Assembly (NCBI GenBank): GCA_046539325.1
Contig: JBKHHD010000009.1
Location: 1-38,915, forward strand
Direction of reading: 5' to 3'
DNA from: Candidatus Aenigmatarchaeota archaeon
Lineage (GTDB): Archaea > Aenigmatarchaeota > Aenigmatarchaeia > PWEA01
Length of the DNA: 38,915 nucleotides
Part shown: piece by piece, positions 1 to 9,126 of the stretch
Position numbering within the stretch: the first letter of the stretch is position 1
How the letters are laid out: each line of letters starts with the position of its first letter
Program-made: the position numbers and the translations under genes
Notes under the pieces: generated by a model
What the model was told of the DNA's origin: nothing
Databases searched by the model: none
The model's input: the letters and a program-made list of their open reading frames with translations, nothing else

Positions 1-55
1 CAGGACATTCGAGGTCCTTGTACTCCACGTCCTCAAAGGAGGGCATCTCCTCATT
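1..55. repeat. Exact 55-nt direct repeat, copy 1 (truncated by window start); identical to 876-930
   Basis: caggacattcgaggtccttgtactccacgtcctcaaaggagggcatctcctcatt occurs at 1-55 and 876-930; the copies diverge at 56/931. Confidence 0.97.
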
Positions 56-763
56 GTCTCTGTTCCCTTCCTCTCCACGGTCAACTTCTTCACCGTCCTC
101 ATCATCCTGACGCCTTCCTTCTGTGACTATGTTTTTAACTATAGGCGAATCCGCGCCCTCCACTTCTTTGTGCAAAACTATCTTGAAAAATGTGAATTCT
201 CCCCAGTCCATATCTAGATCAATTTTCTGGAAGCCAGAGCTTAGCTTTATTCTTTTTGATTCGTCAAACTTCTCTTCCTTTAGTTTTTTAAGACCTTCAA
301 GACTGTCGCCGGTAGCAATTTCAAGAAAAGCGTCTGTGCCGTCAGGGTCAGGAATTTCCAAGTTTATTCCCATCCTTTCAAAATCCATTGACGAAAATTT
401 CTTTGCGTAATGGGAGGAATCAACTCCATCGCTCATTTTAAATCCATCTTCCTGTATTTCACCTTGCCAGACATCACAGCCCTGGCTTAACCAGTTACCT
501 TTGGATCTCCATTCTTCAGACTTCTCAAAGCCATCGGCCTGGTTTGATAGATTCCTTGATTCGTTCTCCTCGGCTTCATTCTTTTCGTAAACGTCCCTGA
601 AAAGAAGAAGTCCGTAACCTATCAGGCCCACTGAAATCAGAGTAAAGAACACACTCAAAAAACTCTTCCATAGATTGAGAAATACCAGATTTTCCTTTGG
701 ATAAATTAGAAATAAAGAGAATGAAATAAACGCTACAGCTGTAACTGTTCTCTTTAAATCCAC
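1..763 (-). CDS. Membrane-anchored hypothetical protein (2 N-terminal TM helices, soluble domain, acidic linker, start of a C2H2 zinc finger); 3' end runs off the window
   Basis: Not in the ORF track. Manual translation gives an open frame from GTG at 763 (GAGGA upstream on the minus strand) to position 1: MDLKRTVTAVAFISFSLFLIYP...FLSVFFTLISVGLIGYGLLLFRD...DNEEMPSFEDVEYKDLECP. The tail is identical to that of the neighbouring gene. Confidence 0.8.
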   Translation of the reverse strand, partial: MDLKRTVTAVAFISFSLFLIYPKENLVFLNLWKSFLSVFFTLISVGLIGYGLLLFRDVYEKNEAEENESRNLSNQADGFEKSEEWRSKGNWLSQGCDVWQGEIQEDGFKMSDGVDSSHYAKKFSSMDFERMGINLEIPDPDGTDAFLEIATGDSLEGLKKLKEEKFDESKRIKLSSGFQKIDLDMDWGEFTFFKIVLHKEVEGADSPIVKNIVTEGRRQDDEDGEEVDRGEEGNRDNEEMPSFEDVEYKDLECP

Positions 764-768
764 GAAAA

Positions 769-1188
769 TCAGTCCTCATCAGAATTTGGCTCCGGATTTT
801 CCTCGAACTCATCCGGATGGTTCACCTTCCTGTGAACCTTCAGGCCGATATCGGTCTTGAAGTCCTCTCCACATTCAGGACATTCGAGGTCCTTGTACTC
901 CACGTCCTCAAAGGAGGGCATCTCCTCATTCTCGTTCTCTTTGCTTTCATCGGACCGTCCGGCCTTAAAGGACTTCAACTGATCGAACTCGATCCATAAC
1001 AAAAGGCCACCGAAAATTAGGAGGGCAATAGGTACCACACCCAGGACAACAGAAACAATATGTGGCCACCACACGAAAAAGCTAGGTATTATGGAAGAGG
1101 GTTTGATATAAGGTAAATGAGGCAGAAGAAACCAAAATCCTGCAAAAACCATCAAAACAGACAACATCAGCTTAAAAATATCTTTCAT
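769..1188 (-). CDS. Small 2-TM membrane protein with acidic linker and C-terminal C2H2 zinc finger
   Basis: 139 aa; two hydrophobic segments, then CPECGEDFKTDIGLKVHRKVNH = C-x2-C-x12-H-x4-H. Confidence 0.8.
   Translation of the reverse strand: MKDIFKLMLSVLMVFAGFWFLLPHLPYIKPSSIIPSFFVWWPHIVSVVLGVVPIALLIFGGLLLWIEFDQLKSFKAGRSDESKENENEEMPSFEDVEYKDLECPECGEDFKTDIGLKVHRKVNHPDEFEENPEPNSDED
876..930. repeat. Exact 55-nt direct repeat, copy 2
   Basis: Identical to 1-55; encodes NEEMPSFEDVEYKDLECP on the minus strand. Confidence 0.97.
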
Positions 1189-1204
1189 ATTATCTAGGTT
1201 TATC

Positions 1205-1232
1205 TTGAGCTTTTAAGTTTTTTATCTTAAAG
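1205..1232. promoter_or_regulatory. Probable overlapping divergent archaeal promoters (TATA-like boxes)
   Basis: 59-nt AT-rich gap. TTTTTTAT at 1218-1225 is -30..-23 from ATG 1248 (+). TTAAAA on the minus strand (1216-1211) is -28..-23 from ATG 1188. Confidence 0.5.
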
Positions 1233-1247
1233 GCGATAAATAATTCT

Positions 1248-3998
1248 ATGCTCAGTAGAGAAGGAAAAGTGTTTATTATATTTTTCATAGCTTTCTCAGT
1301 TACTGTAGCCTCGACAGGTATTTTCGGAGACTTTGGCTACAGTATACCAGACTTGGGTCTGGATGTTGAAATGCCAGATTTTGACAAAGAAAAATTAGAA
1401 ATCGGGTTCTCCGATGGCTGGGAGGAGAAGAATAGAAGAGGGTTTGAGAACAACATCTCAAAGGTCTTCTTGACAAACAACTATAACAAGAAGAAAACTG
1501 TAAAACTGAGCTTCTTGTTCAACCCTCGAAATTCTGAAAGCAAGATAAAAATATTCAAAAATGGAAGTAAGATAGACGAGGCATCTGTGCACGGCAGGCA
1601 GAAGTTAACAACCAATGAGTTTGAAATTCAACCAGGAAGAAACAGAATCACAATAAGTGTTGATGAATGTGACGGAAAATGCTTCTATTTAGAAAAGGAT
1701 TCATTTGAAATTATCGATGAAAGAAAAATCAAGGAGAAGGAGCCATTTTTCTCGAAGAACTGGAAACGTGAAGCCGAGGATAGGAAGATGGACGACGATG
1801 CGGAGGTACAGATATACAACTTTGGCCGGTCAATCAAACTGGTCAGGCTGTCATTTAAAGTAGTCGACAGTAATCAAACGGGTCAATACGTAAAGGTTAT
1901 GAAAGACGGTAGAGAGGTGGATCGATTTGATGTTCCTGATAACTTCAAGGCCTATACAAGCAAACCTATAAGATTGAGACCTGGTGAAAATCATGTAAAA
2001 TTCAGTAAACCGGAAAATTCATCTATCGCCGTTAAGGACTTTGAAGTTGCCGAAGGAATCGAAAATAAGTTTTACTTTGGAAAAGGCTGGTATCCCAAAG
2101 AAGACTGGTATCATGGTTCTCCAAAGGACTATCTGAACTTTCACTGGATGGGAAATAACGGTACCCTGTACTTCTACAATAAAGGTCCAGAAAGGAACAA
2201 TCTATCGCTAAGCCTTGAAGCCAGTGTTTTCCATAGCTCTAAAACCCTTTTAATGGAGCTAAACAACGAGACAATAGGAACGGAAAGTTTGGAAATGTCG
2301 GTCGATGAAGGCCGAGAAAGCCTTCTTTTCCAGAACCTCAATCTGAAGCAAGGAGAAAATGTTATAAAACTGAGTTCAAAGGAGGGTTGTGGCGTACCGT
2401 CAGAGATCAAAGGGAACAAAGATAACAGATGTTTAAGTTTTGCGGTTTACGAGATAGATTTAGGGGAATCGCCAAACGAAGAACGCGATACGGGAAGAAA
2501 AACTATTAACAGATACTTCCTCCTGACATCTGTTTTTCTATTCTTTGGATTTTCGTTATTCCTTGTCCTCAAAAACTACAGTGGATGGAAAATTACTAGG
2601 AAAAAAATTTTGATTCTAGTATTACTGATTTTCCTTCTAGCCTTCACATTTCGCTCGTTTCAACCAAAAACATACCAGCTATACCTTGACGAGCCTTGGA
2701 ACGTCGAAGTATCCACAAATATCAACGAGAAACGGACACCTTCGATATGCAGTTACAGGGGCACGGAAGAAAAATGTGAGGAATACTATAAACCGGCGGC
2801 ATATTCTTACTACTTAGGCCTTCTGACATCAGTTCTAGGGTTCAGCTTGGGTGCTATCTTCTGGAACTCCGTAGTTCTGGGCTCCCTTACCTGCGTCCTT
2901 ATTTTCGTTTTGGTTTACACACTGACCGAAAGGATAAAGCTCTCATTGCTTAGCTCTGTGATATTCTCGATACTGCCGATGCACGTTTTCTGGTCGACAA
3001 CTGCGGAAAGCTATGTAACTTCTCTTTTCTTTGTATTACTGTCCCTTGTTTTCCTATATGCCTATATTACCAAAGAAAAATGGCTCTGGCTCATCGCATC
3101 GATTTCCACAATGATGCTTTCAGTAACCTTCAGGATTGAGAACATTTTACTGATCCCGGTCTTTGTTCTCATACTGTACTCAGAGGGATATTTCAGAGAA
3201 TTCGAACTGAAAGACTACAAAGACTTAACAGCGATCGGAATTCCAACTATATTTATACTGGTGTATATCAGATTTCTCCATTACTCAGCAAATCAGTACC
3301 TTTCGATAACCCGTCTTAAGCTTGGGGAAATAACAAATTACTTACCCCTGATGTTTTTCATGCCTCTGACTCTGATCCTTTTATTCTTCGGAATATACCT
3401 CGTAAAGAACGAAGACAGGAGACTATTCAGATTCCTTATTATATGGCTGTTCGTGTTTTCACCAGTTTTTGTATTCCACACAGGAACAGGTAGAATGGTC
3501 ATACCCCTCCTCCTGGCCCTAACGATCTCGGTATCAAAGATTCTAACGTGGTTCGTAGAGAGGTTAGAGGACGAGAGACTCAGGATTACAGGAACACTTG
3601 TAATAATAGTTATCGTAATTTCCACAGGAGCTTTCTTTCAGCCTGAATACGATGATCTCGAAAGCAAAGAACTTCAGACCGAAGTCGTACCGAAAGTAAG
3701 GGAAGACGTTCCCGAGGAATGTTACGTTATAGCTGAAAATCCTAGCATACTGGCGGGCTCAGAAACCAAGCTCATAAGCACTGATTATGCGCTCGAAAAC
3801 GATGAAGAGATTGGGAGAATGGCGAAAGATCGGTGTGTGCTCTACTTTGAAGGTATAGGCTGCAAGGCCGGGCTCGAGATAAGTGGCTGGTCTAGGAGGT
3901 GCGGCGAAATGAAGTCGTCCTATCGAATGGAACCGTTCGAAAGCTATACAAACGGCGACCTAACATATGAACTAAACAGGGTGATCGGAAGTTTATGA
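1248..3998 (+). CDS. GT-C fold (PMT/ArnT-like) membrane glycosyltransferase with three N-terminal extracellular beta-sandwich repeats
   Basis: 916 aa. N-terminal signal/anchor; three repeats starting GFSDGWEEK, FFSKNWKRE and YFGKGWYPKE (with PGRNRI / PGENHV / QGENVI). Then a multi-TM region with LYLDEPWN (DE motif in the first loop), KPAAY, ILPMHVFWSTTAESY and FRIEN, and a Cys-containing C-terminal domain. Confidence 0.75.
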   Translation: MLSREGKVFIIFFIAFSVTVASTGIFGDFGYSIPDLGLDVEMPDFDKEKLEIGFSDGWEEKNRRGFENNISKVFLTNNYNKKKTVKLSFLFNPRNSESKIKIFKNGSKIDEASVHGRQKLTTNEFEIQPGRNRITISVDECDGKCFYLEKDSFEIIDERKIKEKEPFFSKNWKREAEDRKMDDDAEVQIYNFGRSIKLVRLSFKVVDSNQTGQYVKVMKDGREVDRFDVPDNFKAYTSKPIRLRPGENHVKFSKPENSSIAVKDFEVAEGIENKFYFGKGWYPKEDWYHGSPKDYLNFHWMGNNGTLYFYNKGPERNNLSLSLEASVFHSSKTLLMELNNETIGTESLEMSVDEGRESLLFQNLNLKQGENVIKLSSKEGCGVPSEIKGNKDNRCLSFAVYEIDLGESPNEERDTGRKTINRYFLLTSVFLFFGFSLFLVLKNYSGWKITRKKILILVLLIFLLAFTFRSFQPKTYQLYLDEPWNVEVSTNINEKRTPSICSYRGTEEKCEEYYKPAAYSYYLGLLTSVLGFSLGAIFWNSVVLGSLTCVLIFVLVYTLTERIKLSLLSSVIFSILPMHVFWSTTAESYVTSLFFVLLSLVFLYAYITKEKWLWLIASISTMMLSVTFRIENILLIPVFVLILYSEGYFREFELKDYKDLTAIGIPTIFILVYIRFLHYSANQYLSITRLKLGEITNYLPLMFFMPLTLILLFFGIYLVKNEDRRLFRFLIIWLFVFSPVFVFHTGTGRMVIPLLLALTISVSKILTWFVERLEDERLRITGTLVIIVIVISTGAFFQPEYDDLESKELQTEVVPKVREDVPEECYVIAENPSILAGSETKLISTDYALENDEEIGRMAKDRCVLYFEGIGCKAGLEISGWSRRCGEMKSSYRMEPFESYTNGDLTYELNRVIGSL

Positions 3999-4801
3999 TA
4001 AGAGGAGCAAAGGATGAGATTGGAGAACTATGGGACAACAGGGAAAGGATATGGAACCTGACGAAAAACGAACTGAAGATGGAGTTCGGCCAATCGCGAT
4101 TAGGTCTTCTCTGGTCGCTTCTTGAACCTGCGGGAATTATTCTGGTTTACGCAATTATATTTCCAATGATAATAGGTGTGGACTTCTACTCCTGGGTCCT
4201 TTTCTTTGTAGCAGGCTTCATACCTCACAGATTCCTAGAGGACGGGATAACCTCTGCAACAGGAAGTCTGGTGGACAATAGAAGCATACTAAACCAGATA
4301 AGTTTAAAAGAGGAGATCGTCCCGATCGCTTCATGTCTTGCAAGCTCTATAAAGTTCCTTTTGGAATGCATCGTTTTTTTCTCGATAATATTTATATCTG
4401 GTGTACTTCCAGATCACTTTATTCTGATCTTTCCCGTGATATTCTTTGCTGAATTTCTCATAGTTCTGGGCTTCGGTATGCATTTGTCGGTCAGTTACGT
4501 GGAAACAAGAGACATAAACCACATACTCAATGTTTTCTTCCAGGCCCTCTTCTTCCTCACGCCTATAGTTTACCGGCTTTCCAAAATCACCGAAGCCTAC
4601 AGAGGTGTCTACCTTCTCAATCCAATCAGTAGACTCATTCTTCTCTACCAGAAGTCCCTGCTGCACAGTTTAGAAGGCTTTGTAAGCTACATACCGACCG
4701 TAGAGAATTTGCTTTTACTTTTATTTTTCTCCGTGGTCGTCTTCATAATAGGGTACACGAGTTTTTCACGTAGAAAGAAAAAATATGTGGGCGAGATATG
4801 A
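3995..4801 (+). CDS. wzm: ABC-2 type polysaccharide exporter permease (Wzm/TagG-like)
   Basis: 268 aa with ~6 TM; motifs SRLGLLWSLLEP, RDINHIL, FFLTPIVY, LLNPIS; ATGA overlaps with both neighbours. Confidence 0.92.
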   Translation: MIRGAKDEIGELWDNRERIWNLTKNELKMEFGQSRLGLLWSLLEPAGIILVYAIIFPMIIGVDFYSWVLFFVAGFIPHRFLEDGITSATGSLVDNRSILNQISLKEEIVPIASCLASSIKFLLECIVFFSIIFISGVLPDHFILIFPVIFFAEFLIVLGFGMHLSVSYVETRDINHILNVFFQALFFLTPIVYRLSKITEAYRGVYLLNPISRLILLYQKSLLHSLEGFVSYIPTVENLLLLLFFSVVVFIIGYTSFSRRKKKYVGEI

Positions 4802-7374
4802 AGAGAATAAACGTAAGTGATGTTTCGAAAAAATTCAGAATAAACAAGGGACCTGACAGAGAAAGGGATGTTCTGGAAAGATTAAAGATAAAGAAACCAG
4901 AAAAAACAACTATAGAAGCCCTCAAGAACATTAATTTTTCCGTCGAGGATGGCGAATGGTTCGGAGTCGTCGGGGAAAATGGCTCTGGTAAAACAACACT
5001 GCTAAAAATTATTGGAGATATCCTGTCGCCAAGCTCCGGTAGTGTACAGACCAAGGGGAAAACCGTATCCATAATAGGCCTTGGCAACGGCTTCAAGGAA
5101 GAGCTGTCTGCAAAGGAAAACATTTACCTGTACGGGTCTCTGATGGGTCTTTCGAAGAAAGAAATAGAGGAAAGGTACGACGACATCGTCTCCTTCTCCG
5201 AGCTTTACGACTATATGAACACCAAGTTCAAGAAGTTCTCCGATGGCATGAAGATGAGACTGGCCTTTTCAACTGCGATGCACGTCGATGCTGATATATT
5301 CCTGAGTGATGAAGTAATCTCTGTTGGTGATGGTGACTTTCAAAGGAAGTGTCTGGAGAAATTGCAGGAATTCAAGGAACAAGGTAAAACAATAGTTCTG
5401 GCCTCACATAATCTCGGATCTATCGAGAAATGGTGCGACAGAAGTATTTTTCTCAACAACGGCAGAGTTGAGGACAAAGGAGAAAGTAGAGAGGTCGTAA
5501 ATGAGTATAAGGAATTTCTCAGAAGAAAAGGGAAAACCGAGAAACTGAAGAAGAAAAAGCAGGAAATTATCAAGGGTTCGGATCAGAATATAAAATTCTA
5601 TGATAAAAATTACAACGAAACCTATATTTTTCGTAGAGGGGAGTATCTAGGTGCGGAAGTAAAGTTTACAGATAGCTACAGTAATGCTAAAGTTGTTTTC
5701 CGGGGCAAGTTGGATGACAGAGAAAAATTGATTGTTTATTCAAATGAAGGCGTGGGTGAGTGGAATTTTAATCTGAATAAAGTTTGCCTTCACGAAGGTG
5801 CGTATAAAGTATCTTTATATGGAAACGGCAGGAAAATCCTCGAGGGTATTGAGGTCGAAGTGATTGAAGGTGATTCTGTGTGCCCCGACCTTTTGTCGGT
5901 TCCTGATCCTGAGAACAAAGAAAAACACCTCCAGGACAAACTGTACGTCTTTGCAAAGGATGAAGACGTGGGGGAAGCGCTGAAAAACAGGGAGTTTCTT
6001 CCTGTGTACACCACAGGGTTTAGCCTTAGTGATATTTCATGGACATACACAGACGCAGTAATCGCCGACAACTGCTTAGAAAAGTTGGATGAGGTGCCTG
6101 TAGAAAAAGCGGTTCAAGAATACAAAGACTCCAAACGTATGGAGGGTATTAAGACTGATTTGAAGAATAAGAACAAAGAGAAAGTAGATTCTTCTGAAAA
6201 GGTTTCGGATTTGAAAATACGTGGTTCGGGCAATAGGCCTTATCTGCTGACTGATGGAGGATCCATATACGGAAAGCTTATCTTTGAGAAAGAAGTACAA
6301 GACCTCGAGATTCTGTTTCGAAACACAATCGAGCAGAAAGACAAATTAGCTATATATTTTACGGATGTAGGTGGAGAGCTAGAGTTCGAAACCGACGATC
6401 TATTCCTCAAGAAAGGTAAGTACCAAATAACTGTCTGTGAGGGCGGAGAAGTGGTTCTGAGTGGAATTCAAATTCAGGTTTTCGAAGACTTGAGATGCTC
6501 CCCCGACCCTCTCGTAATAAAAGAACCTACTGGAGAAGAGAAAAGTATTTCAGGCGGATACTATCTATTTTCAGAAGAGGAAGGTGTTTCTCACACGGGG
6601 AAAGATTTCGAAGGAAGAACCATATACTTTGAACCGCCCTTTGAACTTTCGAAGATAAAGGAAAGGTACGAGAACTGTACATTTATCAAGTACTCCGATA
6701 GTATTTCTCAATCTAAGAAAATGGATGTTGATGGAGGTATTGAGAGATACGGGAGGGAACTGCATGATGAAAATCTTGACGACAGGTTAAAGGAAGATAA
6801 CAGAGCTGTAGTTTCTAAAAACGATTTTCTTTCTGAATTCAAACTGTTTAATGAAGATGAAGAGTGCTATCTCTTTAAGCAAGGCGAAGAGCTGCGAGGT
6901 GTTATAGAACTGGATGAGAAGACGGAGGGGAAAATTAGCATGGAACTTCAGGAGACTGTGACAAGAGACGAGAACGTAAGATTTGAACTGTTGCCGCGAA
7001 AAGAAGATGAAAAGCGCTTTTCATTCGACTTAGAGAGTATTTTCCTACCCTATAGCCGTTACAATCTAAAGATTAAATCAGAAACCAAGGGATATATGGC
7101 CCAGGGTCTTGAAATGGAGGTAAGAAAGGACGATCATGAAGAACCAAAAAATTTGATCTTTGCAAACCTTGCGGGTAACCGATTTAACTTTCCAAACGAC
7201 AGGTTTTTGCTTGTGAACCCTCGAAAGAAAACTATCCCGGAGCTTCCTGTAGTGATCACCAACAACGGGGAATTTTTATTCGAGTCGGACAAAGCTTATC
7301 TATTTGAAAACGGTAAGTTTAAGGAGGAAATCATAGATCCGGATAAATACGACCTGGGCGATTCAGATGAATAA
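4798..7374 (+). CDS. wzt: Polysaccharide ABC exporter ATPase (Wzt/TagH-like) with ~600-aa triplicated C-terminal extension
   Basis: Walker A GENGSGKT, signature FSDGMKMRLAFS, Walker B IFLSDE followed by SVGD, H-loop LASHN. Three ~205-aa repeats follow. Confidence 0.92.
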   Translation: MKRINVSDVSKKFRINKGPDRERDVLERLKIKKPEKTTIEALKNINFSVEDGEWFGVVGENGSGKTTLLKIIGDILSPSSGSVQTKGKTVSIIGLGNGFKEELSAKENIYLYGSLMGLSKKEIEERYDDIVSFSELYDYMNTKFKKFSDGMKMRLAFSTAMHVDADIFLSDEVISVGDGDFQRKCLEKLQEFKEQGKTIVLASHNLGSIEKWCDRSIFLNNGRVEDKGESREVVNEYKEFLRRKGKTEKLKKKKQEIIKGSDQNIKFYDKNYNETYIFRRGEYLGAEVKFTDSYSNAKVVFRGKLDDREKLIVYSNEGVGEWNFNLNKVCLHEGAYKVSLYGNGRKILEGIEVEVIEGDSVCPDLLSVPDPENKEKHLQDKLYVFAKDEDVGEALKNREFLPVYTTGFSLSDISWTYTDAVIADNCLEKLDEVPVEKAVQEYKDSKRMEGIKTDLKNKNKEKVDSSEKVSDLKIRGSGNRPYLLTDGGSIYGKLIFEKEVQDLEILFRNTIEQKDKLAIYFTDVGGELEFETDDLFLKKGKYQITVCEGGEVVLSGIQIQVFEDLRCSPDPLVIKEPTGEEKSISGGYYLFSEEEGVSHTGKDFEGRTIYFEPPFELSKIKERYENCTFIKYSDSISQSKKMDVDGGIERYGRELHDENLDDRLKEDNRAVVSKNDFLSEFKLFNEDEECYLFKQGEELRGVIELDEKTEGKISMELQETVTRDENVRFELLPRKEDEKRFSFDLESIFLPYSRYNLKIKSETKGYMAQGLEMEVRKDDHEEPKNLIFANLAGNRFNFPNDRFLLVNPRKKTIPELPVVITNNGEFLFESDKAYLFENGKFKEEIIDPDKYDLGDSDE

Positions 7375-8206
7375 AATAGACTCTGTTAAAGGAATTGCAA
7401 AGGATACAGGGATAAAGCCAGAAGAAGTAAGAATAGTACCTGAAAACAGTGAACAGAAGAAATGGAGAGAATCAGAGTTCTTGGTTTACAGTAAAAACAA
7501 GGAAGAGGACAACTTCCAGCTTTTAGTTTTTGACAATAGTGATCCAGTAAAGTTTAGGGGGTTAACAGACAGAACAAAGATTGTCGTGGTGTTTCAGGAT
7601 CTGGCAGGTAGCTTGGAAGAGGCTGAGTCGACTCTTGAACAGTTTTTGGAAGCTAATCTTGATCACAGGAACTCCGTGTACTCGGACAGAAAGGACGGAA
7701 TCAATAAAGAGTACAAGAAGATTGCCTTTCAGGACGGGAATAAGGTAATCATCCTCACGGACGACAGAAAACTGATCGAAGACATTGATGTTGAAGGCAG
7801 TGGAAACTTCTATTTCTCGTGGATAAAGCAATTAGAGAAAACTATCGTAAAAAGGAAAAAGGAGATAGAACTCAAAGAAAAGGACATAGAGGCCCTTGAA
7901 AAACACATCGAGAGACTGGGGGAAGATTTCCAGGAAAGGATAAAGAGAATTGAAGCCGAAAAAGAGGAGATAGAAGATCTTAAACAGAAAAAGGAAGGGA
8001 TCATTGAGAACAAGGAGGAAGAATTGGAAACCAAAGAGGAGAGAATAGATGAGTTAAGGGAAGAAAACGAAGAACTGAAAAGGAAAAAGGATAATGAAAT
8101 AAATGAGCTGAAAGAAGAGTTAGCCGCCATAAAAGGATCTTTGAGCTACAAACTAGGTTCCTCTCTTGGGGATACGAAATTCGGCAAGCTCCTCAAAGAC
8201 GAATAG
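7367..8206 (+). CDS. Coiled-coil protein of ABC-dependent glycan cluster (putative chain-length ruler/adaptor)
   Basis: 279 aa; ~100-residue Glu/Lys heptad region ending in IKGSLSYKLGSSL, like the S-x-S-(W/Y)-(K/R)-(L/I) tails of WbdD-type proteins. No catalytic motif seen in the N-terminal half. Confidence 0.6.
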   Translation: MNKIDSVKGIAKDTGIKPEEVRIVPENSEQKKWRESEFLVYSKNKEEDNFQLLVFDNSDPVKFRGLTDRTKIVVVFQDLAGSLEEAESTLEQFLEANLDHRNSVYSDRKDGINKEYKKIAFQDGNKVIILTDDRKLIEDIDVEGSGNFYFSWIKQLEKTIVKRKKEIELKEKDIEALEKHIERLGEDFQERIKRIEAEKEEIEDLKQKKEGIIENKEEELETKEERIDELREENEELKRKKDNEINELKEELAAIKGSLSYKLGSSLGDTKFGKLLKDE

Positions 8207-8214
8207 GTGTTAAA

Positions 8215-9126
8215 TTGCGCGTCTCTGTTATAATCTGTACCACGGGTAGAGAGAAGCTTCAGGACTGCTTGGACTCCATTGAAAGGCAGAGCTTCAGCAA
8301 TTTCGAAACTATGGTTATATCTAACTCCGATCTCGAATCAGACCTCAAGGAAAGGGATCTAAGATTCCTCAAAACAGAAAACCGTAACCTTTCGCAGCAG
8401 CGTAACCTCGGAGTAGAGGAGTCGGAGGGGGAGATATTGGCCTTTATAGACGATGATGCGGAGGCGTGTGAAGAGTGGCTAGAAAATATAGTTAGGCACT
8501 ATAGAGATGAAGATGTAATGTGCACTGGAGGTAAAGTAAAACCGAAGTTCAGCTCTGAAGTTCCTGAAGACCTCAAGGAACTAGACAAACATATATTTTA
8601 CGGACTGATAGGCGCTACTTTCATCGAATGGGACGAGGCAAAGGAAATAGAATCACCTCTCATATGGGGGTGCAATATCTCTTTCCGGAAAACTGTTTTT
8701 GAGGAGATAGGCAGGTTTCCCAAGGAGCTTGGGAGGGACAAAGGGAAGCTCATGAGCGAGGAGGAAAGATACCTCCAGATCAAGATACTTGAAAACAATT
8801 ACAAGATAATTTACGATCCTCGAGCCGTGATAAAGCATCACATTGATTCTAAAAGACTTTCCGAAAAATATCTTCTGAAGAGATCTTTTTGGCAGGGTGT
8901 TTCGGAGGCCAAAAGAATCGATATTTCAGGTGGACTGAAGAAACTAGCGGAATACAAAAAAGAAATAGAAAAGATAGGCCCATTTAAATTTCTCGAAAAG
9001 AACTTTGAGATTAGCGCGAGCAAGGATCTGAAGGAAAGAATAGATCTCGCCAGGAAAACTGGTAGGCTCGCAGGTGTTATGAACTTTTTGGGTGTGGAAG
9101 ATGAAGAAGGGAAAGATAGGACGTAG
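8215..9126 (+). CDS. Family 2 glycosyltransferase (GT-A fold)
   Basis: VSVIICT, RNLGV, LAFIDDDA (DxD), GCNISFRK, SEE, YDPRAVIKH; TTG start with AGGTG upstream. Confidence 0.92.
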   Translation: MRVSVIICTTGREKLQDCLDSIERQSFSNFETMVISNSDLESDLKERDLRFLKTENRNLSQQRNLGVEESEGEILAFIDDDAEACEEWLENIVRHYRDEDVMCTGGKVKPKFSSEVPEDLKELDKHIFYGLIGATFIEWDEAKEIESPLIWGCNISFRKTVFEEIGRFPKELGRDKGKLMSEEERYLQIKILENNYKIIYDPRAVIKHHIDSKRLSEKYLLKRSFWQGVSEAKRIDISGGLKKLAEYKKEIEKIGPFKFLEKNFEISASKDLKERIDLARKTGRLAGVMNFLGVEDEEGKDRT

